DNA of 64,000 bases from Candidatus Hadarchaeota archaeon (GTDB lineage: Archaea; Hadarchaeota; Hadarchaeia; Hadarchaeales; JAWBSP01): the NCBI GenBank assembly GCA_964474885.1, contig CAYYWO010000004.1, positions 1-64,000 on the forward strand. Direction: 5' to 3'. The notes under the pieces were generated by a model that did not search any database, was not told where the DNA came from, and was given only the letters and a program-made list of their open reading frames with translations. Positions 1 to 14,294 of the stretch are shown here, piece by piece. The translations under genes were made by a program, and so were the position numbers. Within the stretch, counting starts at the first letter, position 1. Each line of letters opens with the position of its first letter.

Positions 1-206
1 GGCTTTTCAGGACGGTGCTTGGCTCGGGCTATATGGCGCCTAGGGCGGCGCGTGAAGTCAAGGCGAATTTGACGCAATCACGGCTTCCCGACGACCCGAG
101 GAGGCTTCACGTGATAATCAACCTACATCCGGAGAAGCTTGAGAGATTAATTCCAGAGTTGCTTGAAAGCGAAAGACTGAGAAAGCTGCGCGAGTTCATC
201 AGCTGA
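1..206 (+). CDS. 3' end of a hypothetical protein (truncated by window edge)
   Basis: Frame is open from the window start to TGA at 206; no recognisable motif. Confidence 0.5.
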   Translation, partial: LFRTVLGSGYMAPRAAREVKANLTQSRLPDDPRRLHVIINLHPEKLERLIPELLESERLRKLREFIS

Positions 207-255
207 AGATTAACGAATTTCAGGACCGTCTTTCAACGCTCAGTTTCTCTTTTTG

Positions 256-1521
256 ATGAAGGTCTACGTCGAGACCTACGGCTGCACAGCGAACAAAGGG
301 GACACGGAGCTCATCCTAGGGCAGCTCAAGCAGGCAGGCATCCCCTTCACCAAAAACTTGGATGAAGCGGATGTTGTAATCCTGAACACCTGTGCGGTGA
401 AGGGCGTCACCTATAGGAGGATGCTGAGCAGAATCCAATTCCTCAGAGAGTCTGGGAAGAGGGTGGTGGTGGCTGGGTGCCTGCCCCTGATAGACCCCAA
501 GAGCGTGAGGGATCTGGATGCCATCTCCTGCCGGTCCATAACCAGCCTCCCCGAGGTGCTGGAGCATGTGCGCCGGGGGGAAGGACCCGTGAGGCAGCTG
601 GTTTCGGAGCCCGTGGAGAAGCCCCTGCTGCCTAGGGTGAGGCTGAACCGCGTGAGTGCCATCGTGCAGATAGCTGAGGGGTGCCTGTCCAACTGCACTT
701 ACTGCTCGGTGAGGCTCGCGAGGGGGAGGCTGAGGAGCTTCAGGCCCGAATCCATCGAGGAGCAGGTGAGGAGATCAGTTCAGGAGGGCGCCAAGGAGAT
801 CCTCGTGACTTCCCAGGACAACGCCGTTTACGGCTTCGACCTAGGGACTGACCTTCCCTCCCTCCTGCGGAGGCTGGTGAGCCTGCCGGGGGAGTTCTGG
901 ATAAGGGTGGGCATGATGAACCCTGCCTTCACCCTGAAGATATACCGGGAGCTGGCAGAGGTTTATGCTTCTCCAAAGATCTACAAGTTCCTGCACCTGC
1001 CCGTGCAGTCAGGCAGCGACAGAGTTCTCCAGTCCATGAGGAGAGGCTACAGGGTCAGGGACTTCGAGTTCTTGGTGGATCACTTCAGGTCCAGGTTCCC
1101 GCGGATCCAGCTGGTCACCGACATCATCGTGGGTTACCCCACCGAGACCGAGGAGGATTTTCAGGAGACGTGCGAGCTGATCCGCCGGGTGAAGCCCGAC
1201 AAGGTGAACCTCTCGAAGTTCTCCCCCATGCCTGGCACCGAGGCCTGCAGGCTGAAGCTGCTGGACTCGGCTGAAGTAGCCCGCAGGTCCCGGGAGATGG
1301 CGGAGCTCTGCAGGGAGATCGGGCTGGAGGTCAACCGGAGGTACGTGGGGGAGAGGATGGAGGTGCTGGTTACGGAGGAGGGGCCCAGGGGAGGGTACAT
1401 AGGCAGGGCACCCAACTACAAGCAGGTGATACTGGAAAGGGCACAGGTGGGGCAGGTGTTGGAGATTCAAATAAAGGATGCTAAAGCAACGTATCTCATT
1501 GGCGAACCACTCGGTTATTAA
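256..1521 (+). CDS. mtaB: tRNA methylthiotransferase, MiaB/MtaB (archaeal e-MtaB/CDKAL1-like) radical SAM
   Basis: N-terminal UPF0004 TYGC..N and NTCAV motifs, CxxxCxxC (GCLSNCTYC), HLPVQSGS, C-terminal TRAM-like region. Confidence 0.9.
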   Translation: MKVYVETYGCTANKGDTELILGQLKQAGIPFTKNLDEADVVILNTCAVKGVTYRRMLSRIQFLRESGKRVVVAGCLPLIDPKSVRDLDAISCRSITSLPEVLEHVRRGEGPVRQLVSEPVEKPLLPRVRLNRVSAIVQIAEGCLSNCTYCSVRLARGRLRSFRPESIEEQVRRSVQEGAKEILVTSQDNAVYGFDLGTDLPSLLRRLVSLPGEFWIRVGMMNPAFTLKIYRELAEVYASPKIYKFLHLPVQSGSDRVLQSMRRGYRVRDFEFLVDHFRSRFPRIQLVTDIIVGYPTETEEDFQETCELIRRVKPDKVNLSKFSPMPGTEACRLKLLDSAEVARRSREMAELCREIGLEVNRRYVGERMEVLVTEEGPRGGYIGRAPNYKQVILERAQVGQVLEIQIKDAKATYLIGEPLGY

Positions 1522-1609
1522 ACGTTTGCTTTTGAGAAACAATCTCGGGTCTGTTCTCTTAGAAACACCATGCAGTTCCAACCATTTACTGCTGATCCAT
1601 CTATAGGTG

Positions 1610-2929
1610 ATGAAGAGATTATCCGTGCTGACCATTGCGGCCTCCGACTCCTGTGGAGGGGCGGGAATCCAAGCCGACCTGAAGACCTTCCTGGCTTTGG
1701 GCGTCCACGGCGCGAGCGTCCTGACCGCTGTCACCGTGCAGAACACAAAGGGTGTCAGGCAGGTGCATGTCCTCCCTGCCGAGCTCGTGCAGGCCCAGCT
1801 GAAAGCCGTTCTGGAGGATCTGGAGATAAAGTGGGGGAAGACAGGGATCCTTTTTTCGGCGGAAATCATAAGGTGCGTCAGAAGGTACGCAAACAGGGTG
1901 AAGCTCGTCGTGGATCCCATCCTGCGCGCAAGCACGGGGCGGCGGCTCATCGAGGAAGACGCCCTCTCCGAGCTCTTGGAGCTGGCCAAGAGGGCATGGA
2001 TGGTAACCCCTAATCTCCCGGAGGCTGAGGTGCTGGCGGGGATGAGGATCAGGAGCAGGAGGGATATGATAAGGGCGGCCAAGAAGCTCGTGGACTCGGG
2101 CATCCGGGCGGTCGTGATCAAGGGCGGCCACCTGCCCGGGAAGACGGTGGTGGATGTGTTTCATGATGGGGAAAGGATCTTGGAGCTCAGGGATGAGAAG
2201 ATCCAGGCACGGGTGCACGGATCCGGATGCATCTTTTCGGCCGCGCTGGTAGCCGGGCTCTCGAAGGGCTTCCCGGAGGAGGAGGCTGTGCGGAGGGCGG
2301 TCCGGTTCACACGCTCGGAGTTCGAGAAGCCCCTGCAGGTGGGCGGAGGAGCCGGGGTGCCCGCCCTCAGGGAGGTGGAGAGAGCAGTAGCGGTGGAGTC
2401 CGTTTACTCGGCTGCCAGACAGTTCGTGGAGGCCCGGGGAAGCTGGAGGCTTGTGCCCGAGGTGGGGACGAACATAGTCATGGCCCCAAGCTGGGCTAGG
2501 GATATCAAGGATGTGGTGGGCCTGGAGGGAAGGATCGTGAGGGCGGGAAGGAGGGCGGTGATGGTGGGTTTCCCCACCCCGGGAGGCTCGGAGCACATAG
2601 CTCGGGCAGTTCTGAGCCTCATGAACTTCGATCCCAGCATCAGGGCGGGGATGAACGTGAGGTACTGGGAAGGCGTCCGGCGCAGGTGCGAGGAGCTGGG
2701 CCTCAAGTGGGGGGAGTTTGATCGAAAGCAGGAGCCTCCGGGGAGGAAGACTCTGGAGTGGGGGCCAGCTCTAGTCGTCAAGCGGCTGGGGCAGGTACCC
2801 CAAGTGATACTGGACAGGGGAGGGGCGGGAAAGGAGCCTATGGTGAGGGTTTTCGGCAGGGATCCCGAGGAGGTCGTGAGGCTCGCACTCAAATTGATGG
2901 GACCCGAAAGGAAAGAATGGGGCGAGTGA
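1610..2929 (+). CDS. thiDN: bifunctional HMP/HMP-P kinase - thiamine-phosphate synthase ThiN fusion
   Basis: [25 protein letters not shown] and HGSGC (ThiD); [18 protein letters not shown] and [10 protein letters not shown] (ThiN). Confidence 0.92.
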   Translation: MKRLSVLTIAASDSCGGAGIQADLKTFLALGVHGASVLTAVTVQNTKGVRQVHVLPAELVQAQLKAVLEDLEIKWGKTGILFSAEIIRCVRRYANRVKLVVDPILRASTGRRLIEEDALSELLELAKRAWMVTPNLPEAEVLAGMRIRSRRDMIRAAKKLVDSGIRAVVIKGGHLPGKTVVDVFHDGERILELRDEKIQARVHGSGCIFSAALVAGLSKGFPEEEAVRRAVRFTRSEFEKPLQVGGGAGVPALREVERAVAVESVYSAARQFVEARGSWRLVPEVGTNIVMAPSWARDIKDVVGLEGRIVRAGRRAVMVGFPTPGGSEHIARAVLSLMNFDPSIRAGMNVRYWEGVRRRCEELGLKWGEFDRKQEPPGRKTLEWGPALVVKRLGQVPQVILDRGGAGKEPMVRVFGRDPEEVVRLALKLMGPERKEWGE

Positions 2930-3126
2930 GGACCACGTCCATCAAGAGGGCAGCGTTCGAGCTCCTCCAAGCCCACTCCGACAAGTTCGGGGCGGATTTC
3001 GACAGGAACAAGCGGGTACTTTCGGAGTTGATGCCAGGGCTCAGCAAGACGGAGCGGAACCGGCTCGCTGGATATATAACTTCTCTCTGGAAAAGGCAAA
3101 ATGCCGCCCAAAATCGACCTGAATAA
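2917..3126 (+). CDS. rps17e: 30S ribosomal protein S17e
   Basis: MGRVRT..IKR...F..DFDRNK...[12 protein letters not shown] at 2917 lies inside the 2758 ORF. Confidence 0.93.
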   Translation: MGRVRTTSIKRAAFELLQAHSDKFGADFDRNKRVLSELMPGLSKTERNRLAGYITSLWKRQNAAQNRPE

Positions 3127-3271
3127 GTGTACAGGCTGCGGAGAGTGCGAGAAGATCTGTCCGATGGGGGCAATAAAGGTAACGGGAGGGAAGGCCCAGG
3201 TGGATGCTAACGCCTGTGCGGACTGCAGGGCCTGCGAGACAGCCTGCCCGAACGGCGCTATTTCCTTCTAA
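3101..3271 (+). CDS. 2[4Fe-4S] ferredoxin (56 aa, not in ORF track)
   Basis: Manual translation [56 protein letters not shown] has two CxxCxxCxxxCP motifs. Confidence 0.93.
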   Translation: MPPKIDLNKCTGCGECEKICPMGAIKVTGGKAQVDANACADCRACETACPNGAISF

Positions 3272-4427
3272 CCTTCAGACAGGCTCCCACGGACAGCAGG
3301 TTGGAGAGAAGAATTACAGTGAGGACTATTGCTGGGAAGCTGGAGGCCTGCTCATAGCCGTACTGCAGGGGGAGGTAAGCTAGGACGGCTGAAGCTAGGC
3401 CCTTCGGGAAGAGACAACCAATCAGGCCCGAGTATTTCCCCAGCAGGGGATCCCCGAGGGCCGATAGCCTGGCCGAGAAGTACCTGGCTATCCATGCAAC
3501 GAGGAAGATGAGCACGCTGACAGGCAGCAGGTCGAAGAACTCGTGAGTGAGCATGCAGCCCAAGTAAACTAGGAAAAAGGTGCGGATGATGAAGGTCACC
3601 TCGTCATGGAACCTCCTCACATCCTCCTTGAGTTTCGGGGCGGGGATAGAGAAGAGCCTGCCCAGCTTGGGCGCGTTGCCCAAGGTCAGGGCGAAGGCAA
3701 AAACGGAGATGCCCCCGCTAATGCCCATCCACTCGGCACCCACGTAGAGCAGGAGGGAGAAGGAAAGCAGTAGAGTATAGAAACAAGGGAACTCCAGCAG
3801 CTTCCGAGCACCGGATAGCCAAGCCAGTCCGGCCAGCGTGCCCAGGGCGAGGGCTGAGAGGAAGACTAGAGCAAATTGCCTGCCCAGCTGGGAGAGGGAG
3901 AGCATGCCCAGCTGGCAGAGGGTCAGGACGAAGACGATGCACAGGACATCCGTGGCGACCGAGTCCAAGAAGAGTGCTGTCCCAGCCCTCCTTTCAAGCT
4001 GCAACTTGTCTAGGAGGGGGGGCACGATGACCGAACTCGTTCCTCCCAGAGCCCCTCCAAGCATGAGGGACTGAAGCCAGGGGAGATCCAGCACGAAGCG
4101 GGCCACGAGGGAGATCAGGAGTGTCGAGAAAACGAAGGTGGTGGAGGAGAGAAGGAGGGCCCTCGGGGCCTGCTTCCATACCCTGCCGTAGCTCAGCTCC
4201 ATGCCCTGATCCAGCAGGATCACTATCAGGGCGAGGGAGCCCACGAAAGGTGCTAGGGACCCCAGAACATCCAAAGGGAAGATCTCGAGAACAGGTCCCA
4301 AGAGGATACCCAAGCACATGAGGAAGACAGTATCCGGGATGAGGGTCCGGCGGAAGAGGAAATCTGAGACAAAGCCCGAGACAAGCATGAGCCCCAAAGC
4401 CGCCAGCAGAACCAGTGGATCCAACAA
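3258..4427 (-). CDS. cation:proton antiporter (NhaP/CPA1 family)
   Basis: Many hydrophobic segments, [34 protein letters not shown]. The start is probably TTG near 4427, not 4568. Confidence 0.85.
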   Translation of the reverse strand: MLDPLVLLAALGLMLVSGFVSDFLFRRTLIPDTVFLMCLGILLGPVLEIFPLDVLGSLAPFVGSLALIVILLDQGMELSYGRVWKQAPRALLLSSTTFVFSTLLISLVARFVLDLPWLQSLMLGGALGGTSSVIVPPLLDKLQLERRAGTALFLDSVATDVLCIVFVLTLCQLGMLSLSQLGRQFALVFLSALALGTLAGLAWLSGARKLLEFPCFYTLLLSFSLLLYVGAEWMGISGGISVFAFALTLGNAPKLGRLFSIPAPKLKEDVRRFHDEVTFIIRTFFLVYLGCMLTHEFFDLLPVSVLIFLVAWIARYFSARLSALGDPLLGKYSGLIGCLFPKGLASAVLAYLPLQYGYEQASSFPAIVLTVILLSNLLSVGACLKVRRK

Positions 4428-4513
4428 TGTTTCCGCCTCGGAAGCTAAAAGCCGGACTTCTCTGAAGGCGACCAAAAACCGTAACAAGAAGCGATATTTA
4501 GTGCAAGTGTAGA

Positions 4514-4571
4514 GAAGTGTTGATAACAGATAAACAGTTCGCGTGAAGTGTTTGTAACAGATAAACACTTC
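4514..4571. repeat. paired 27-bp palindrome element, copy 1
   Basis: GAAGTGTTGAT-AACAG-ATAAACAGTTC gcgt GAAGTGTTTGT-AACAG-ATAAACACTTC; 31-bp period; recurs at ~20069 and ~25190. Confidence 0.9.
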
Positions 4572-4679
4572 TCAAATCCTAGGGGCCTCCTTTCACACCA
4601 GCATTGCTAATGAGGCTTTGAGCCTAGAATCAGCTAGGGTCTTCAAATTCGTAGAAAGGTTGGAGAGGTTGCACAGGCG

Positions 4680-7770
<3,091 letters not shown>

Positions 7771-7910
7771 CGCCTGTGCAACCTCATCCGCATCGATCGC
7801 GATCAGTCTTAGCATGCAAAATTACTCTGCATGCCGCATCTGCCAATTAATCTTTGTAAAAAAGTTTAAAAAGCTGTAAACTCAGCCCGGTTGGCCGAAC
7901 GCTACGGAGC

Positions 7911-9497
7911 CTACTCTTCGAGGATTTTCTCCGCCTCTTCCCTGTAGGCCTCCATCACGTATGGGATCCCTGAGATCCTCGCCGCCTCCTCGGTCAAGGC
8001 TACCAAGTCGTTGCGGGATATGGTCGAAATCTTGAAGTTCCTGCTGCCTGCCATCAGCTGTTGCAACCCCACCTTTATCTTCTGGCAGAAGGTGTACATG
8101 CCCACCGCCCCTAGGGGTATGTTTTTTATCTCGTCCCCGTACTTCTCCCTCAGTTCCTCGTAGCACACGAAGATCTCCTCCACACTGTTCCCGTACTTGG
8201 AGACAGTCTTTGGCAGGTTGCCCTCCCTCAGCCATTTCTCAATATTCTTGCCCACCATTGCAGGTATCATGAGCGCTCTCCCCATGCACACCGCCTTCAC
8301 GTAGGGTGCTCCCATGGCTATCGCCTTGAACACCCCGTCCTCGGAGGAGAAGCCTCCGGCCATGGCTAGGTCGGGGACCCTGAAGCCCCTCTGCTCAAGC
8401 TTCCTGCAGAACTGGTAGGCTAGGGCCTCCAGATAGAACGTCGGGATACCCCACTCGTTCATCATCGGCCACGGGCTCATACCCGTCCCGCCGCCCGCGC
8501 CATCTATCGTGATTAAGTCCAGCTTCGCCTCGGCTCCCAGCCTCAGTGCCATCGCCAAGTCGACCGCGGAATAGGCTCCAGTCTTGAGCGTTACCCTCTT
8601 GAACCCGATGCTCCTCAGCCTGTCCACTTCCTCCAAAAAGGACTCTCTGCTGACGAAGGCCAGCCTCGAATGCCTCTCGAACTCCTTGATCGAACCTCTT
8701 TCGTAGGCCTTTCTGACCGCCGGATTCTCGGGGTCGGGCAGAACGATGTACCCCCTCCTCTTGAGCTCGATGGCTCTCTCTATCGTTTTCACCTTTATCT
8801 CACCACCTATGCTCTTCGCTCCCTGCCCCCACTTGATTTCGATGGTCTCGAGGTTGTGTTTGCTCGCGACGTATTCTGGGACCCCCAGCCTCGTGTCCTC
8901 GACGTTCGCCTGAACGAGGATCTCCCCGTACCCTTCGTAAAACCTCTTGTATATCTCTATTCTGCGGTCCATCTCGGGGGACCTCTTTACCTTCCCCCTC
9001 GAATCGAGCTCGAGCTCTGGATCCACGCCGCACACGTTCTCGCCGCACACGATTGTGATGCCTGAAATGGCGGCACCCACTGCAAAATGCTCCCAGTTCC
9101 TGCGAGCTATCTCGGTGGAGCCGAGTGCCCCTGTGAAAATCGGGAGGCGCATCTTCACCTTCTTCTCCCACCCGTACTCCGTCGTGGTGTCGACGTTCGA
9201 GAAGATGGCCTGATCCGGACCTACCTCACCCTCCAGGCCCTTAGCCCCCCTTGCGTAGCCCTGGATGTTCAGGTGCGAGTAGTCCACGGGGTACTCTTTG
9301 TCCGCTCCCGCGGTTATCTCCCCAAAAGGCTGAGGGTACAATACTTCCCTCCCTCTGAAGGATGCCAGCCAGACCTCACATCCACCCATACACCCGTCGA
9401 TGCACCTGGTGCAGAGCCCCGATATTGGGGCGACGTTCCTAGAGCGGTTGAACGTTCCCGTTGCCTCGTTTGCGTTCGGCCTCCTCAGGTTTCCCAT
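7911..9497 (-). CDS. FMN-binding glutamate synthase family protein (GltB FMN-domain-like)
   Basis: IEIKWGQGAK.IGG, DLITIDGAGGGTG, AGGFS, AMGA..V..GR; N-terminal CxxCxxxCxxxC. Confidence 0.85.
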   Translation of the reverse strand: MGNLRRPNANEATGTFNRSRNVAPISGLCTRCIDGCMGGCEVWLASFRGREVLYPQPFGEITAGADKEYPVDYSHLNIQGYARGAKGLEGEVGPDQAIFSNVDTTTEYGWEKKVKMRLPIFTGALGSTEIARRNWEHFAVGAAISGITIVCGENVCGVDPELELDSRGKVKRSPEMDRRIEIYKRFYEGYGEILVQANVEDTRLGVPEYVASKHNLETIEIKWGQGAKSIGGEIKVKTIERAIELKRRGYIVLPDPENPAVRKAYERGSIKEFERHSRLAFVSRESFLEEVDRLRSIGFKRVTLKTGAYSAVDLAMALRLGAEAKLDLITIDGAGGGTGMSPWPMMNEWGIPTFYLEALAYQFCRKLEQRGFRVPDLAMAGGFSSEDGVFKAIAMGAPYVKAVCMGRALMIPAMVGKNIEKWLREGNLPKTVSKYGNSVEEIFVCYEELREKYGDEIKNIPLGAVGMYTFCQKIKVGLQQLMAGSRNFKISTISRNDLVALTEEAARISGIPYVMEAYREEAEKILEE

Positions 9498-9529
9498 GAA
9501 TTACCTCCAAGTGACGTTTAAAGCCCTTT

Positions 9530-9637
9530 CGATTTAACAAAATGTACCCTTTTGTGATTAAAAGTTAACCGAAAGACATCTTTAGAAAAATTTAAAGTTT
9601 TTAGCAATTCTTCAAGAAAAATTTAAAAACTTTTAAG
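9530..9637. promoter_or_regulatory. AT-rich divergent promoter region with a direct repeat AGAAAAATTTAAA
   Basis: Copies at 9584-9596 and 9615-9627 resemble BRE-TATA; lies between the glutamate synthase gene and the ATPase pseudogene. Confidence 0.45.
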
Positions 9638-10922
9638 ATGAGAGCAGAACACGTGGTCCCCCACGATCTTATGCAACTGCTCGAGCGCTAATGGATCGGC
9701 GCGAGGCCTACGCGATCCGGGGCCCGAGGCAACCAGGGAAGACCACCCTTCTCAAGCTCCTAGCTGAGCGCCTGCAGGCACGAGGGCGTGTTATCTTCCT
9801 GAACTTTGGGGATCCTGATGTATTGGAGGTCTTCGAGCGAAACCCGAAGGACTACATCTCCAGCTTCATCTCCGGCGGGGCAACGACACTACTTTTTGCT
9901 CGACGAGTATCACTACGTCCGGGAGCCGGGCAGGTACCTGAAGCTCCTCTACGATTCGTTCGAGCACGCCAAGTTTATCGTCACCCGGTAGCTCTTCGCT
10001 GGAAACTCACGGGAGCGAGGGGGGCGTTACTTGGTGGACCGAGTGTTCTTCTTCGAGCTTCTCCCCTTCAGCTTCTCAGAGTTCCTACTCGCGCGTTCAG
10101 AGCGCCTGCACCGGATGCACGAGCGTTATGGAGAGCCTGCACGGCGCTTCCTGGCAGGCGAGGGATGTTCACCTCCCCTCCCGAGATGCCTTCGTGCGCG
10201 AGCTTGACCAGCAGCTCCAGGAGTACATGATCTTCGGCGGTTACCCGGCGGTCGTGCTGGCTGAGGATGTGGAGACCAAGCGTGCGGTGCTGAAGGGGGA
10301 TCTACGACACTTACATTACCCGGGATGTAGTCGGATTCTTGCGTTTTTCCGACGCTTTCAAGTACCGCGACACCGTGCGTGCCCTTGCCCCTTCTCTCTC
10401 CCTCCTGAACATAAAAGAGTTGTGCTCAGAACTCGGTCTCTATACGCAGAGCTACGGAGGATTCTCTCGGCACTATGCGAGACCTATGTGCTTCTTCTGC
10501 TGAGACCCTTCTGTCGCAACCCGCGCACGGAGCTCCGGAAAACACCTAAGGTGTACTTCTACGACCCCGGCCTGCGGGATCAAGTATTCAATAGCTTCCA
10601 GCCCCTAGGACAGAGGACTGACACTGGGGCTCTTGCAGAGAACCACGTCCTCATGTCGCTCGTGCGCTTATTCGGTGCCGAGCAGCTCCGGTTCTGGCGG
10701 ACCTTTGCCCGAACCGAAGTCGACTTCGTCTTGACCAGCGGCGAAAAACCCATCCCCATTGAAGTGAGGTACCCCACCGATGCCACCCGGATACCGAGGG
10801 CCCTGCGCAGCTTCATCGAGAAGTATCAGCCCGACCGGGCTTTGGTCGTCACACGATACCAATGGGGAGAAGCCAGGATCGGCAAAACGCGCGTGTTCTT
10901 CGTCCCCGCCTGCTATCTGTGA
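9638..10922 (+). pseudogene. AAA+ ATPase (COG1373/DUF4143 family), disrupted
   Basis: GPRQPGKTT, LLDEYH, GGYPAVV, KTPKVYFYDPG and EVDFV..IPIEV are spread over several reading frames, with an early stop. Confidence 0.85.
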
Positions 10923-11003
10923 GGGAATTCCCCAAGTACGCAAGTCCCTGAAAGGCACACGAGCTTTTACTTAATCGACGAATCTGAAAATTATGGGGAT
11001 CCC

Positions 11004-11359
11004 ATGGGTCTGACCAAAGTGAAAATCATAGTCTCTAACCCTGTGAAACCGGAGCTGAGAAGGATATTGAACTCACCGTCGATACGGGTTCCGTTTTTTC
11101 TTGGATACCGAAGAGCGTGTTGAAAAGACTGCAGCTTGCACCCATTGGGAAAAAGACGTTCAAAACCGTAGAGGGAAGGGAAATCGAGAGGGAAGTTGGG
11201 ATCCACGTTGAAGTACGACAAATCTGAGACCACCATGGAAGTTGTTTTCGCCGAGGAGACAGACGTACCGTCTTGGGTGTGATAACCCTTGAAGCTTTAG
11301 GCTACAGAGTGAACCCCATCACGGGAGAGCTGGAGTACGTCGGGCTTCTCGCCGCATGA
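11004..11359 (+). pseudogene. retropepsin-like (clan AA) aspartyl protease, frameshifted
   Basis: Pieces MGLTKVKIIVSNP / ELTVDTGSVFSWIP / VLGVITLEALGYRVNPITGEL fall in different frames. Confidence 0.8.
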
Positions 11360-11715
11360 TTGGTGCTGGCACCCGGCAACTGATAGCTAGGGCCAGTATG
11401 AGGGTTGCTGGCCTAAGTCTTTTGGTCACTGGGTCGACTTCCAATCCGAGCTCCTCGAGTGTTGTGACCCCAAGGACGGACTTATCATTCTCACCGAGGA
11501 TCGCAACGGTGTGTGCTCTTCTCCCCTCTAACTCTATTACCACACCGCCTACTTTTCTATCGTCCTGTTATCCACGGTGTTGAACCTCCTCTTTTCATAC
11601 GGCTCAATTCCGATCTCTCTGAGCTTCCGCCCCGTACCGACAAGTAACTCGATTTCAATGCACCTGCTGGGCTCCGCAGGGTTTCGGATTTGGCCTTTAC
11701 GCGCGTGAATCCCAT
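11319..11715 (-). pseudogene. second retropepsin-like aspartyl protease, degraded
   Basis: MGFTRVKAK...IELLVGTG... and SVLGVTTLEELGLEVDPVTKRL in different frames; the catalytic DTG has eroded. Confidence 0.75.
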
Positions 11716-11758
11716 AACTTTTTGACTCCTTGGTCCATTAAGGCTCCAATCGATCCCG

Positions 11759-11830
11759 TGGACCCGGCGGGACTCGAACCCGCGACCTTTGGCTTGCAAA
11801 GCCAACGCTCTACCACTGAGCTACGGGCCC
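11759..11830 (-). tRNA. tRNA-Ala(TGC)
   Basis: GGGCCCGTAGCTCAGTGGTAGAGCG TTGGC-TTTGCAA-GCCAA AGGTCGCGGGTTCGAGTCCCGC CGGGTCCA; directly follows the 16S gene. Confidence 0.97.
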
Positions 11831-11858
11831 TTTGAGGGTTCGGCACTCCCCGAGACGC

Positions 11859-13372
<1,514 letters not shown>

Positions 13373-13540
13373 TGGGTGGCCGCAAGGTGACGGGGAGTGC
13401 CGAACCTATCTCAGACCCGAAGCCCAGTACTCGGGTCCACATCCTGTCGCCACACCCGGATGCCCGCTTCCTCACAGCTCGGAGCGGGAACGCGGTGTGG
13501 CCGGCTATAAAATATAGTTGTTGCCGGTTAAAACGTTTAC

Positions 13541-14029
13541 GTGAAGCTCCCAGTCATCATCATCTGCGGGCCACCCCGGACGGGAAAGAGCACGATCGCC
13601 AGGATCCTCTCCAGCAGGCTGGGCGCAACCCTCATATCGACAGAGAAGTTCAAGAAAAAGGTCTACAAGAGGTTGATAAAAGAAGTTCAACAAAAAATAG
13701 GGACCAGCATACTGGTGCTGGATGGGACCTTCTACCGGGAGACTTGGAGGGAGAAGGTAAGGGCACTCGCCGCCAAAGCCGGCGCTCCCTTCCTGATCGT
13801 TCACCTGACCGCAAAACCCGAGATCCTGCTGGAGAGGGATAGGGCGAGCACCTCCCCCAGGGGGGAGAGAGCCATCAAGATAATTTGCGCCGAATTTGAG
13901 CCCGTGGAGGCAGACCTGACCTGCGATTCTGGCTCCGCCACACCGGAAGAGATCGCAGAGCTCGCCCTGGACCTTCTCAGGTCGAAGTTTCCCCAGTTCA
14001 CAGTGAGAAAACAAGACGACAGCGCTTGA
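13541..14029 (+). CDS. P-loop kinase (AAA_33 / gluconate- or NMP-kinase-like)
   Basis: ICGPPRTGKST, LVLDGTF, lid motif LERDRAS. Confidence 0.75.
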   Translation: MKLPVIIICGPPRTGKSTIARILSSRLGATLISTEKFKKKVYKRLIKEVQQKIGTSILVLDGTFYRETWREKVRALAAKAGAPFLIVHLTAKPEILLERDRASTSPRGERAIKIICAEFEPVEADLTCDSGSATPEEIAELALDLLRSKFPQFTVRKQDDSA

Positions 14030-14294
14030 GAAGACTCTTTAAAGGTTTGCCTAGTACCTCAAAGTTCTCCCCCCCAACCGGTCTCCCCAGGCCGTCGCAA
14101 AAATACACCCTTGCATCCCTTCCCCTGATGGCGAGCAACAGATAGGAAATTAGTCTCTCTCGGACTTGCAGGTGCGGGAGCCATCCGCGTGTCATAACAG
14201 GTATCTGCCTCACTCTGTAGACCTCAACTCTTCCGGCACCCTTCTGCTTCTCCTGCTCAGCCAACTGGCGCAGGGATCTCACAGCCTGCCTCAT
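13998..14294 (-). CDS. hypothetical protein, coupled to queC
   Basis: ATGA overlap with the queC stop; no motif recognised. Confidence 0.55.
   Translation of the reverse strand: MRQAVRSLRQLAEQEKQKGAGRVEVYRVRQIPVMTRGWLPHLQVRERLISYLLLAIRGRDARVYFCDGLGRPVGGENFEVLGKPLKSLLKRCRLVFSL

Noticed and set aside
1522-1606. TPP riboswitch upstream of thiDN
   Set aside because: Only fragments (TGAGA, CTGATCC) are present; the conserved helices and TAATGCCAGCGTAGGGA-like core are missing.
1009-2596. Long antisense ORFs (370 aa, 325 aa; likewise 19125-20039 and 41096-42028)
   Set aside because: They overlap well-supported genes on the opposite strand, have no motifs, and are typical of high-GC coding DNA.
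4428-4568. N-terminal extension of the antiporter ORF to 4568
   Set aside because: The extension runs through the palindromic repeat and is not antiporter-like; the real start is near 4427.
4514-4571. CRISPR mini-array interpretation of the palindrome doublets
   Set aside because: Units are separated by only 4 bp, with no unique spacers, no leader and no cas genes in the window.
4572-4664. 5S rRNA downstream of 23S
   Set aside because: Too short and lacks conserved 5S motifs.
9638-10922. Programmed frameshifting in the AAA ATPase
   Set aside because: Several independent shifts plus a stop, next to other decayed genes, indicate pseudogenisation.
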